DNA from: Stegostoma tigrinum
Lineage: Eukaryota
Assembly: GCF_030684315.1 (NCBI RefSeq)
Contig: NC_081374.1
Span: 38,104,630-38,168,629, forward strand
Direction: 5' to 3'
Length of the DNA: 64,000 bases
Shown here: positions 49,436 through 61,844 of the stretch, in pieces
Layout of the letters: each line of letters begins with the position of its first letter
How positions within the stretch are numbered: position 1 is the stretch's first letter
Position numbers and translations under genes: made by a program
Notes under the pieces: model-generated
What the model was told of the DNA's origin: nothing
Seen by the model: the letters and a program-made list of their open reading frames with translations, nothing else
Database searches by the model: none

Positions 49436-50231
49436 CTGAGTTCCCATCATGAACATCATCATCATTCTGTTACAGCTTTGCCAGCATCCATTGCTTGTTA
49501 AAAAATAATGAACTTGGCAAGGTAAAACAATGTACCCTTTAAACTGGTTACCCCACAATCAACAACTCTGCTAAAATTTTAGCTCTTTTTCTTCATTAAA
49601 AAGGTACAAACAATGAAGTTCTTAGGGTGGTAGTCATACCTCCACCTCTGCTCCAACCGCTCATCTCTTCAGTTAGAAAGCTGAATAAGACGATAATCAA
49701 CAAGTCAACCAGGAAGGGCAATATTATCACTGTGCTTCACCAGTGACAGTTTATGACTTCAGCTGCCAACTCTGGACTTCCCTCATTAAACCTCTCCTTC
49801 AATATTGGAATGTCCATGAAACTGTACAGCAGGTTTCGCTGAGTGACATTGTTTTACATCACATCACTCGAAGTTTAAAAATGAATCGCCATGAAACGAA
49901 CAAGGTCTAAAACGGACATGGACAAGCAAATTTCTGCAGAAATTCACCATATGCCACCAACTCGGCCTTTGCAAACTTGTGGAAAAGGAGAAACCATTGG
50001 CCGTTCGATCTCAGTGGCCATGATTACAATTTGTTTTTATTAAAATAAGATCAACATACGTGAAACACGCGTGCAAAGCTCCGAATCTCATATCAATGAT
50101 TTAAACCACCGTGTTAATAGTTTAAAGGTGGCACCACTGAAGGTGTCGTTATCCCTTAGCGTTCCTCTCAGCGGCGAGAATTCAGCATCATCTCTGGAAC
50201 AATGCTAAACCACAGCCCGTTCTTCAGAGCC

Positions 50232-50280
50232 AGATGCCAGATCCCCAGATCCCCAGGTCCCCAGGTCCCAGATCATCCCC
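50232..50280 (-). repeat. 8-bp G-rich tandem repeat (GGGGAYCT)n at the start of intron 1
   Basis: Plus strand reads agatccccagatccccaggtccccaggtcccagatcatcccc. Confidence 0.75.
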
Positions 50281-50625
50281 AACACAGGGCCCGGCCACTC
50301 GGTCCACCCCCAAATCCCCTCCCCGTCGAGAACTGTCCGGCCGCTCCGGCCCCGCCTCCTACCTGGACAGGTGTTTCAGGATTTGTTTCTTGATGAGGCC
50401 GGCCATGTTGCACTCGGCTCCGGAACCTCAGTAGCCGGTCAGGTCTTTAAATAACGCCCAACCATTTTGTGGCGGTGCCCATTAACTCAGCACACAGTCA
50501 CCGCGCCGCCTTCTTTCACTCCTCCGCGACTAAAAGACCGCAAACTCCGGCCAAGATGGGCCGGAGGGGAGCGGGGACGCCGGGGAACCGCACTGCGCCA
50601 CCTGTTGCTCAGCGCTCGCAACACA
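50280..50625. promoter_or_regulatory. CpG-island promoter / first-exon region of BLTP3A
   Basis: The only strongly GC- and CpG-rich stretch in a CpG-depleted window. It spans the ATG and contains GC-box-like GGGGAGCGGGG and CCCCGCCTC sequences. Confidence 0.8.
50363..50406 (-). CDS. BLTP3A: BLTP3A/UHRF1BP1 coding exon 1 (MAGLIKKQILKHLSR, 44 nt)
   Basis: Reverse complement reads gcaacATGGCCGGCCTCATCAAGAAACAAATCCTGAAACACCTGTCCAG|gtagga. It has a good Kozak context, matches the conserved BLTP3 N-terminus (chorein_N) and lies in a CpG island. Confidence 0.96.
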
Positions 50626-51604
50626 CCCCAGTGCTTTATAAGAAAATTCAAGGATTCCCTTAAATTAAATATTTGCTAATCTGGGCTCGAACGCAAACTC
50701 TTGGACATATTTCACTTGTTCTGACAGATTTGCTTTCGTAAGAAATAAAAGACCTTCAACTCACTCCTTCCTATGAATCGCTCCTCGTGCCCTGTTGTTC
50801 ATAATATCTTGTCTGCATATCGTTCGAAATGCATGGGCTCCCTCCAGTGTTTAACTAAGGAGTATTCTTTGTCTGTAATTTCTGTATCTGCAGAATATCC
50901 ATGAGGAACACTTAACGATAGCCTCACCGAATATCTGTACATTTGCGTTAAACGTCGGATTCACAGCGTAGGGATCGGAAGCAGGAACCATAGCTGACTT
51001 TGCCTTGCCAAGCTTGTGGAACTTCTTCATAAAAAACAACAGCTAACACAATCAAGTTAAACCCCACTGAGTAGGTTTCTCTCTCCTGAACTTGTTGTGT
51101 CGTGGCACTGCAGGAGGACAGGAATTTTCGTACAAGTGTAGAAAGGAAAGATTGTTAACGGGCTGTGGTATGGATGCGTCTGCTCATTACGCTGTATGAG
51201 TTGCTGTTGATGAAGATTGCTACCACCGCCCTCTTTAAGTGTAGGAAAATACAGGATCCAGACGAAAACCATTTCCTTGTTTAACTATAAGAGTCTCTTC
51301 TAATGAGCAAGATATAATTTATTGTAGATTGACAAATTGTTGCAGTTTATGTTGATACGACAGACCAGATGTTAGGTCTCACTCGTTTGAGATTTTAAGA
51401 TGTTCTCCCTTCAAGTCCAGATGAAGTCATCCTAATACCCACCATACCCTTCAATATTAACCTTTAGAGACTGATAAGCAACACAGACTTCTTGTGTCAT
51501 AAGTGGTCACATACCTGGCCTTCTGAAGTACAGGACATACACTCTGGGCAAGATAGTACAAGAGTATAACAGGAGAACACTTGGAAACCAATACACTCCC
51601 AGCT

Positions 51605-52230
51605 AAAAATAGCATATGCTGGAAATATTCAATAGATCGAGCAGCTTTATGGAGAGAAAAGCAGTTAATGATTCAGTTCGATGATCAGAGCAGGGAAAAG
51701 TAAAAGATGTGACTTATTTAAAATAAATATTGAGAGATAGAAAGGAGGAGAGATTAGAACAAAGAGTCAATGATAGGTCATTAGTCATGCAGATTAAATA
51801 AGAAAAGGAATAATGGTGCACTGATAAGGGCTAATAATCATGGGGAGTAAAGAGAGAAAATATGTGTCCATTTTGACATTGAAACAGGAAGTTGTTACCA
51901 ATGACTGGGGAAATCACAAAAGTAAATGGGAGCGGAATCCACCATGTGAAATTTTTGAAATCATTGTTGAATCCAGAAGACTGCAATGTCTAATTGGGAG
52001 ATGAAACATTATTTCAAGCTTATGCTGAGCTTCATTGAAACAGGTGAATAAGGCTTAAGTTAGAGAGCTTAGATTGGCAGTGGAGGGAAAATTATAATGA
52101 AAGGTGAGTGGAAGTTTGGGGTCATAGAAACAGACCGAACAGAGGTGTTTAGCAAAATGATTACCCAATTTACATTTTGTTTCTTCAGTATAAATACAAT
52201 CACATCTTGGTCAATGAATAAGTAAGTATG
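51605..52230 (-). mobile_element. Old Penelope-like element 3' relic
   Basis: The reverse complement gives EAQHKLE.. and GFNNDFKNF-like GIY-YIG end, a pyrimidine-rich tract and a pLTR-type terminus. Confidence 0.5.
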
Positions 52231-52284
52231 CAATGTGTTGAAGATTTGTGGGAACCATTTAAAAACCAACAGATGAAAACTTAA

Positions 52285-52736
52285 AAAAAAGCAAAAAGGA
52301 GGGAGAAGTTGAAATATGAGAGTAAGCTAGCTAGTAACATGAAAGGAGATTGCAAGAGATATTTTAGATATATGAAAGGTAAAAGACAGTCAAGAGGTGA
52401 TATTGTACTGCTGGAAAATGAAGTTGGGGAAGTATATTAGGGAAGAAAGAAATAGCAGAGGAACTGAACAGGTACTTTGTGTCAATTTTTACAGTGGAAG
52501 ACACCAGCACAATGCCAGAAGTTAAAGAGAGTTGGGGGCAGAGGTGAGTATAATGGTCATCACAACGGACAAGGTGCTGGGGAAATAGTAAGGTCTGAAG
52601 GCAGATAAATCATCCGCACTGGATGGACTACTACCAGTGAGATAGCTGACGAGATTGGAGAGGCAATGGTGGTGATCTTTCAGGAATTATTGGAGCCAGG
52701 GTGAGTCCCAGAGGATTGGAAATTAGCTAATGTAAC
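52285..52736 (+). mobile_element. CR1 LINE ORF2 (5' half, split by the Gypsy insertion)
   Basis: AEELNRYFVSIFTVED ... PEDWKLANVT; the sequence resumes at about 56555 with PLFKKG..GNYRPVSLT. Confidence 0.85.
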
Positions 52737-55700
52737 TGTGGTGATTGGATCAAGTGGATCCATTGACTATGAGATCATTGATTGCGGCTGTTACCCTGGG
52801 CCAATCAGGGAGCTCTGGCTGACTGGTATAAATAGGGGATTCAGAGGGTCTCCTGACTCCTGGTCGGTTGGTCGGCACTATGCACATGTAAATAAAGGAT
52901 GACAGGGAAGATACCGGCCTCTGTGCGCTTATTTCAGTGGTGATGGGAGAAAACTGTATGTGGCTGAAGAATATTCACCTACAATAGTCATTTTCAGTTG
53001 GGGTAAGCATTTCTGACCCCATGGCTATATTTGGGAAGCTTGACTTGTTCGGTTGTGCTGTTGAAGACTAGGCCCTATATGGGGAAAGAATACATTATCT
53101 TTTCTAGGCAAATAACACTTGAGACAGATGAAAATCATTGAATAATCCTTCTGACTGCTTACAGACCCACATAACCTTTAGTTATTAGGGCTTCACTTTC
53201 CCAGGGGGATCAGACACTACAACCTTACAAGATTTGATAGATTTGCTTAAGGAATATCATGACCCCAAATCACCTCTAATTCTGAGGTGCTAGCAGTTAT
53301 TCAGCTGTTCAAGAACCTTGGGAATCTGTATTGGGATTTTTGATGAGGTTAAGATGACTGTCAGAGGCATGTGATTTTGATTTTTGGGTTAATCCTGACT
53401 GAGGTGCTGAGAGACCAGTTGGCATGGTGGATTAATGGATGTAAACATGCAGAAGCACCCACTAGCTGAAGCCCAACTGGACTTCTAACAGGCACTGCAG
53501 CTGGCCTTATCATTAAAAAATGGAGCATGGGAACTATAGGGCATCCTAATGGATGTTGACACCCTCACCTGTCTGACTGAGCTTGGGGAACACCACTTCA
53601 GTGTAGGCAAACGTACAGCCTCGTGCAGGGCATGTCCTGAGCAGAAGGACCCAAGGCCAGCCCATAGCAAAACCCCACAACAAAGCCAAGCATTGGCCAA
53701 ATGGCTAAAAATTTCTCCAGGATCTGGGCCAGTGAGCCATCGTGGTTGCTGCCAGTATACCGGACAGCAAAAGAGTCCCACTGGACCTAAATTGAGTAAG
53801 AGCACCCACAGGCCGGAATCCAGGAGAGTGCACATCCTGGAAAGTCTACCTATATCTGACTTGGACCAGTTAAATTGCTTAGCATCATCCAAAGCAGAAC
53901 CAATTAATATTAATGTCAGGTTAAATGGTTACTGGGTTCTCATACAGATTGATATCATCACAGCTGTATCAGTGGTGGCAGAAGCTGTCTTTAACAAGAT
54001 CCACACAGAACTCCAACCCTTAAGTTTGCTGATGACACCACCATAATGGGAGAGATATCTAACAATGACAAGTCAAAATACAAAAAGGAGACAAAGGGTT
54101 TGGTGACATGGTGCAATGAGAACAATCTGTCTCTCAATGTTAGCAAAACTAAAGAACCGAACATCAACTTTAGAAAGAATGGAGGAGAAAACAACCCTGT
54201 CTACATCAACAGAATTGAAGGTGAGAGTGTGAAGACCATCAAGATCCTTGGAGTGACGATAACCCACGACCTGTCCTGAACTTCCCAAGTAAATGCGACA
54301 ATCAAGAAGGCACAATAACAGCTCTTCTTCCTCAGGTGGATCAGGAAATTTGGCATGTCCATAAGGTCCCTCACCAACTTCTTTAGATACACCATTGAAA
54401 GCATACCGTCTGGATGCATTACAGCCTGGTACGGCAACAGTTCTACCTAGGACGTGCAAAACTACAGAAGATGGTGTACACAGCTCAGACCATCACGGAA
54501 GCCAACCTTTCATGACCTCAACCAGACTGAGAACATAAACTGAAAAACCATTACAGATTAAGGATATGACTTTGGTTGCAGTCTTTTATGAGAAGAATAT
54601 TCGTGCAGTTACCACTGATTGTAGTAATAGGCTCAGGCCCAAACCTATTGGGGTGGAATTAGTTGAGGAAAATTCACCTTGATTGGCTCAACAGTTCTCA
54701 ATTAGAGAATAACTGCCTCAGTAAAGTCAGAGTGAAATTCCCAAGAGTTTTTCAGGAAGGGCTAAGGACTATGAAATGGGTCAAAGCCACTTTACATCTT
54801 TGCTAAGATGCAATTCTGTGATTTTGCAAGGCCTAGCCATGCCATTTGCTTTACGGGCAAAAGTAGAGGCAGAATTCAGGAGGATGGAAGGCAAAGGAAT
54901 CAACAAAACAGTGCAGTTTGTGGGATGAGCAGCACTGGTCATACTGACTGTGAAGCCTGGCAGCTTGGTTCGCCTTTGTGGGGATTTTAAGCAAATTATT
55001 AACTTCTCACAGCTGGTAGTAACAGGAGAAATAGAACAGCCATCACAACCAGGATTGAAACCCTTCCGGACCGGGCAAGACCCTATCCTTGCAGAGGATG
55101 GCTATTATTATGGGGAACATGAGTGATTGTCCTGAATAAAAGTCACCACCAGATACTGGATGAAGTCCACCAGCGTCATCCAGGGGTTTCCAAAATGAAG
55201 ATGTTGGCAGGAAGTTCTGTTTGATCAGGATTGGATGCTGACATAGCTGCATTGATGGGGCAGTGCCCAGAATGCCACCAAGGACAAAAAGTGCCAGTGC
55301 TGGTGCCCCCACATTCATGGGAATGACTGGGTAAAGCCTGGACTCAGCTACATGTCGCCTTTGCTGAACCTTTTCATAGGCTTAACATCACTGGGACATT
55401 GTGGATGCCCATTCAAAGTATTTGGACATGGTATGAAGTTTATTCAGCAAACACAAGGATGACAATTTAAAAGCTGCGAGTATTGTTTGCAGTACACAGA
55501 CTCCTGGAAGTATAGACAATGGGATATCACTTACCAGCAGGGAATTCCAGTATTCCCTAAAGTTGAATGGCATTCAGCATATTTGGACAGCTTCATACCA
55601 TCCACTGTCTGGTGGAAAGAGTGACCCAACTGTTGAAAGCAGGCTTAAGGAAACAGCCTTCGGCTTCACTCTATACCAAACTGTCCCAGTTCCTGTTTCA

Positions 55701-56550
55701 TTATAGGACCACCCCTAGGTCGACTACAAGGATAGCTCCAGCAGAGTTGCTGATAGGGAGAAGACTTCAGACTAGGCTAAAACTGAAATTCCCAGACCTG
55801 GGGGCAAGGGTGAAACAGCAGCAGGAATGCCAATGCCAGCTACATGCTTCTTGTAAGCAAGACAGACAATTTACTTCTGGGGATAAGGTTTGATGCCACA
55901 ACCATGGAAATGGCCCTGCATAGGTGCAAGTTAAGGTCGGGGTGCAGTCAGGTCCCAGGAAATATGAAGTTCGGGGAAGTCTTGAACAAATATCAATAGG
56001 AATGACAACTGCGACCTCACAAACAAGGCAGAGGCAAAACATACCTGGCCCCTCAAAACAGCAAGCAGGCCTGTCAGAAACCTTAGGTTCTCCCCCTCCA
56101 TCCAGTATCAAGGAACCCTCAGACTCCAAGATGCATGTAGCCTTGATACATATTACCATCGAAAGATGAGGAAGAAACGCTCCCAAGATGCTGTAGACCC
56201 AAGAGACAGGCTACAGTCTGGGACACACCACCTATGTCTGAGTTCGAGTCAGAGGAACCAGACCTGAGGTGAAAACGTTTCAAGAAAAGTTCCCAGGGAA
56301 AGACCAGGCCTACATACCTGGATTTACGGAGGAGAGGGACGTAATGATGGGAACCAGGTGGATCTTGTTCACTGAGGTCCTCTATTGGGATTGTTAATCT
56401 GGGCCAATCAGAAAGCCCTGGCTAAAAGATAAAAACAGAAGATTCAGAGAGTCTCCTGACTTCAAGCTGGTTGGTCACAGCCTACGTACTGTGCACATGT
56501 AAATAAAGGGTGACTCGGTGTGGGATACCAGCTGCTGTGCAGTTATTTTT
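52737..56550 (+). mobile_element. Gypsy/Ty3 LTR retrotransposon, decayed, with RT/RNaseH largely deleted
   Basis: LTRs at 52737-52936 (TG...CA) and 56340-56550. PBS-like TGG at 52938 and PPT GGAGGAGAGGGA. Gag start MAIFGKLD at 53021, protease-like region, integrase HHCC, and FLFHYRTTP.STT..APAELLIGR. TSD GTAAC/GTCAC. Confidence 0.9.
54022..54510 (+). mobile_element. Rex1/Babar-like LINE RT fragment nested in the Gypsy element
   Basis: KFADDTTI..LVTWCNENNLSLNVSKTKE..FRK..ILGVTIT.DLS (ORF 54046..54279) interrupts the Gypsy protease region. Confidence 0.8.
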
Positions 56551-57200
56551 GTCACACCTCTGTTTAAGAAGGGCTGGAGGAAAGGAGAAAACAGGAAACT
56601 ATAGGCCAGTTAGCCTGACCTTGGTCACTGGTAAGCTTTCACCATCCATTATTAAGAATGAGACAAGAAAGTTCAAGAGAAGTGCATGATAAAATAGGGA
56701 GAAGTCAATACGTCATCAAGTGGAGGTTATGTCTGGCAAGTGTGTTTGATTCCTCAAATATTTCTATGAGCAGGCTTGTTGAAGGAGTGCTAATGGGCAA
56801 TATATATTTGGATTTGCAGAAGGTCTTTGACAAGGTACTGCACAGGAGGCTGCTAAGTAAGATAAGAGTGCATGGTGTTAGGGGCAGAGTACTGGGATGG
56901 ATACAAATTGGCTGACTGGCAGAAGGCAGAGGGTGTGGATAAAGAGGTATCTTTCAAGATGGCAGCCAGTGATAAATAAAGTTCTGCAGGGGCACTGTTG
57001 GGACCAGAATTATTCATGTTATACCTTATTGTTCTAGGCAAAGGGTCTTTGAGCATTGTTGCTAAGTTTAATGAGTAAGGAAATGAAAGGTTATGGGGAA
57101 AAGGTAGGAAAATGGATTTGAAGAATCAGATTAACTATGATCTTACTGAACGGAGAGCAATGTGATGGGCTGAATGACCTACCTCTGCTGGGACATTTTG
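56551..57200 (+). mobile_element. CR1 LINE ORF2 (3' half after the Gypsy insertion)
   Basis: IYLDLQKVFDKVLHRRLLSKIRVHGVRGRVLGWI (ORF 56658..56915) and a CR1 tail. Confidence 0.85.
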
Positions 57201-57799
57201 TGGTGTTATTGTCTTTTTTATAGCCAAAAAACTCCATTCCTTTGTCACCAAACCTATTCCTCTCTGGCATTTCTCTGCTTCAGAAGCAGACTGCTAAAAA
57301 TGTTGCCTTTAAACCAATGATTTAGCTTCCACCCCACATCAGCTTCATAAATTATACCTTATTTCTACCTTCATAACATCACTCAACTTTGCCTCACTTC
57401 AGTTTATTTACAACTGGAAGCTTGTCTATTCCAAAGCTCTTCTGGTTGGCACCCCATCTTTAGACAAAATTACACTCAGGCAATTGAGTTTTTGATATAT
57501 CCAAAATTTTAATCAAGATCTATTCATCCATCAACATGTTGCTTGCTGACCTAAATTGACCTCAGCCCAGAAACAGCTTGCTTTTAAAATCCTCATCATT
57601 CCATGTCTGGTCATACAGAACTTGAATATTGATATTAATGTTACATGTTGTCAAAACCTTTCACTTGCATTCATCCAGAATTTGCAAGAATACTAACATT
57701 TATACTATTTGGGAGGCAAATACTACTTGTTTGGTAAGTTGACCCTGATTAGTTGCCATGGCGAAGGTAACATTTAATGACAATTGGCAGTAAGCTGTT

Positions 57800-58031
57800 T
57801 GGATTTTTTATAGTGTCTATCATGAGGTCAGCCAGCTGGATGTCATAGAATAGAGTTCCCTGCTAATCTGGTCCAATCAGGTAGCACTGGCTGACAGCTA
57901 AAAATGGGACTGTCCGAGATGCTGACTCTGCTAGCTGACACAGAATGAGGTAATACAGAAGTCAAGGATAGTTCATCTATAAATAAAAGACAGTTTGGTG
58001 ATGGGTTACTGGCCTACGAGGAGTTATTTCA
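57800..58031 (+). mobile_element. Solo LTR related to the Gypsy LTRs
   Basis: TG...GAGTTATTTCA, sharing ccaatcagg..ctggctgac, taaataaa and ttatttca motifs with LTR 52737-52936. Flanked by CTGTT direct repeats. Confidence 0.72.
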
Positions 58032-58339
58032 CTGTTTCAACCTCAAACCAAGAAGGTTGATTCTGATTGACCAGGACATTGCCCAAATAACTGATTCAGT
58101 GAAAATCTGTCATCTATTTTGTTAAGCTGAACCCAACCTAATTTGGGTGTTAGATTCCCATGGGAACAGGGGAGGGAAAGGAAGGAGAGGTATCCACGGG
58201 ATGTAGTTCAGGTGGATGGTCAAATCATGAGTTGAGGTGCCAGTGGGTGAAGAGATTGGTTACCTTGGGATGTTAGATATTAGAAGGGATCGGATTGGGT
58301 TCCTGGGAGTTCACCATCACTGATTAGTGGAGGTTAGTC

Positions 58340-58690
58340 TTATGTTAATATAACCTATAAAATTCTAACAGGATGAGACAAGTTAGATGCAGGAAGAATG
58401 TTCCCAATGCTTGGGGAATGGAGAACATAGTTAAGGATATGGGGTAAACCTTTTTAGGACTGAGGCGAGAAGAAATTTGCTCACTGAGAGTGTTGAACCT
58501 GTGGAATTTACTGCCACAGAAAGTGGTTGAGTCCAAAACTGTACATGTTTTCCCGAAGGAAGTTGTTTTAGCTCTTGTGGCCAGAGGAATCAAGGAATAA
58601 AGAGGATGGGTGGGATTAGAGTGTTGAGCTTGATCAGCTGTGGTGATTACAAACGGTGAAGCAGGCTCCAGGAGTTGAATGACCTGCTCT
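58340..58690 (+). mobile_element. CR1 LINE 3' fragment
   Basis: tataaaattctaacagga..., ctgtggaatttactgccacagaaagtggttgag and tail motifs. Confidence 0.7.
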
Positions 58691-61129
58691 TGTTTTCAGT
58701 TTTTCTAGTAAACTGGGTGGCAACCTCTGACCAGGCTGGCATGGTCAATCTCATGACCTCCATTGCTGGGTCTGGATGAGGAAGAGGCCCTGTTTTTGCA
58801 CCACCCCATCCTATAAGACATCCCAACTCTGATTATAAACTCTTATTCTGATTTTCCCTGTCTGCCATGTCTGGGACAGATGCCAGGAACCATGCAGGGC
58901 AGATCCAGAATGACTGTGTTTGTCCAATTGCACAATGGCCTTGTAAAGATGGCACAAGAATTGCCAGTGAATTCTGGGATATCCAGTGAGTAGCATGTTG
59001 GTCTGGGAAAGATCCATAGTAACATGGGGCAAAAATTGGAACGGAGAGATGTCGTGGAGTGGGTTAGATAAATAATAAGGTGACTTTAAGGTACAGGGAG
59101 AAAACCTGCCAGATCTTGTGGCAAGGAACGTACCACAAAATTGAACATAAATCGGACTTAGCTAAAAAACCTAAGATTCAGTTTTATGCCTATTCAATAG
59201 AAAGTGGTGTGTGATGCACATATGACTTCCCACACTGTGCAGTGGAAATCTGATGACCTGGGAGCAGCTACATGACTTGCCATTGCTAACCATAACCCAT
59301 TGAAGAACAAATTAAAAACATACGGACATTAGGAAACAGTAGGCCATGTAGATCCTTAAATTGTTTATTGTAAACTACTTTCTATAAGAAAATGGAAAAT
59401 CAGTGAGAATAAGGAACAAAGCAGACAGTATTAGCAGAGAGAAGGAAGAAATCATAGTGGAATAAAGAAAGAAGTTAGAGCTTTTCTGTACAGTTTTAGT
59501 TCAATTTTAGAACGGCAGAAGAATGCTGATGGGTGTCAACTTGGCTTATTGGTGGCACTCTTCTTTCTGTTACAATGTTGTGGATTCAGATATTATTCAG
59601 GAATTTAAAGACATAATCTGAGCCGTAGTGACTTCTTCACTGAAGGGCAGTGGAGGGTAGCTCCATGATATAAAAGACGTGCATCAAATCACCCCAATTG
59701 TATACATCAGGGCAGCCTCTTGATGTGACTGACAAATGAGACTAATCAAAGAATAATTATGTCATTATTTGCAGATATTATTTTAATGTTGGAAACATGA
59801 TAGCCATTATACTAGAGCTTACAGTGGAAAGCAAGGTCCCACAAAAGTTTTGTAATCCGGAGCAGATTTTTTGCTTTGGTGGATGTTGGATAGGTACAAT
59901 AATTGAAGGAAAATAATAAGCAGAGCAAAAAAAAACTCATTCAAATCCATAATGCATATATTCATCTGGTTTTAGTTATTGAAGAAAAAAGAATTTTCAC
60001 CTTTTCAGCGTGTCCCAAACTGTTTTGAATAGATCTGATAAAAGAACACATCAACTTCAGTATAGATTTATAAGTCTAACATGGCACATTTTGGTGGGAA
60101 GAATAAAGTGAATCACATTCTGTGGACTAAAAGATTCTAAATGGGTCCAGGAACAAAGGAATATGGAGGAACAAAAACACAAATCGCTTAAAAATGGTTA
60201 TCAAGGCCATGAAGAAGAAACCAAAGTACATGTACAGAGGTCATTCCAAAGGGATAGAGTTTAAAAAGCAGGGAAATTATATTAAACTTGCATTGACCTT
60301 GATTAAACCGTATTTTGAATCTTGTACTGTGAGCAGTTTTGGTTGCAATACTGTTTTTTTTTAAAAATAGAGACACCAAGGAAGACACAAAATAGATTTA
60401 CTTGGCTGATAATGGGAATCCGCCTTCTCAGCAAGATTAAACCACCTGGGGCTTCTTTCTCTTGAAAAGGGAAGTTTGAGCAGTGAGTTGATAGAAGTCT
60501 TGAAGATTATGAAAAGGTTCACAGAGAAAACGCAGCATAGAAACAGTTCAGCAGATGCAGACCTCGGGCAACCTCCTCACATTTTTTTCTCATCAAACTC
60601 GAAGCATGCAACCCTCTATTCTTTTGTCTCTTATATGTTTATTTGGCCTCCCTTTAAATGCTTCAAGGCTATTCACTTATACCATCAGGCTTTTTTCTTT
60701 AGTTTTGTGCTGTGCAACAATGCAGGTTTACCTAATAGTTTCAGGAAGATCCTCTGGGAAAATATAGCCACCGTATAATAATTCAATGATAAATTTGAGT
60801 CATCCCATAATTGCATTTCTTTGTCATGGGTGGGTATAACCTTTCCGTTACAGAATAAAGAGAACATAATTGTGGTATTATTTTCACCCAGATGTTTAAA
60901 TTTAACCTATGAATATAATGTTTATACAAGCTCCCACAGCTCGCCAATAACAGAAAATAAGAATTTAGTCTGTTGTGTTGAATTACCAAATTGTGTTTGG
61001 AATTCTAAGTTTTGGTAAGCTGTGTTGATTTTATTTCATATTGTTAATAATAACAAGAGAATACCATACCAAAGGAGGTTGAGGAAGCTGCAGGTCTATA
61101 ATTGTGGAAAAATGTGCATGGTGAATGCT

Positions 61130-61163
61130 GCCTCACATAACTCAGCCTCACATAACTCAGCCT
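61130..61163. repeat. 15-bp tandem duplication (GCCTCACATAACTCA x2)
   Basis: Direct reading of the sequence. Confidence 0.85.
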
Positions 61164-61844
61164 TGCAAACTTATGAAATGTTAGTGCACTGTATAGCAAT
61201 CTGTGATGGAGCAGAAGTTGCACTACCTGTTTTTGGGTATTGAACAAGCCTCCAGTCCTGTCAGGGAGTTCATCCTTTCAAGTAGTTACAGAAGATTTTG
61301 GTATGTTTACAGTCTGATCATGTTATTGATTTACTTCAGTGCTCTTGGCTTTTGGAACCTGACATTGATTAGTTAGCATGATCATGTCAATGTTAAAGCA
61401 GTTAAACTGAAGACTCCTTGCCCTATTTGAAAAACATGTCCAACGTAGGTGTAATGCAAGACATCATTTTTTCTGTTAATAGACTAATGATAAGATGTAT
61501 AAATTTCCAGGAACTTTAGCCTTTTGAAGCTCAGAGTGATATAATACATTCAAAGACAATAACCCAAGGCACACTTGAATTGGGTAAAAGTCCAGTCCTC
61601 CCGGCACAAAATGATCAATCGTTTCCACTTATGGGGTTGGTGCTACTGCTAAGAAAGGGACTGCCCAAACCGACTTTTAACAAATATCCATGCAAAGTAA
61701 TTTAAATTTCAGGCGAAAGCAGAAAAAAATCTTGCACTTCAAAGATGCTTGATTGTTCTGTCCTGTAGAAATAAGCTTTCATCTAATTCTTGTATTCACT
61801 GTACATACCGCCACTATGGGTTTTCAAGAACCTTCCAGTCTTGG

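Noticed and set aside
1373-50406. Assignment to the paralogue BLTP3B (UHRF1BP1L/SHIP164)
   Set aside because: Diagnostic residues (GEGQLTNL, IQWTK, KVEVEM, ELWQLQGY, DSCKHWVRHCE, WNRLRSSC) match recalled BLTP3A sequence.
50851-51039. 62-aa minus-strand ORF upstream of BLTP3A as an extra coding exon
   Set aside because: No recognisable homology. BLTP3A already starts at its conserved Met at 50406.
60680-61250. Overlapping short ORFs as exons of a neighbouring gene (e.g. SNRPC)
   Set aside because: No recognisable peptide in any frame and no consistent splice signals.
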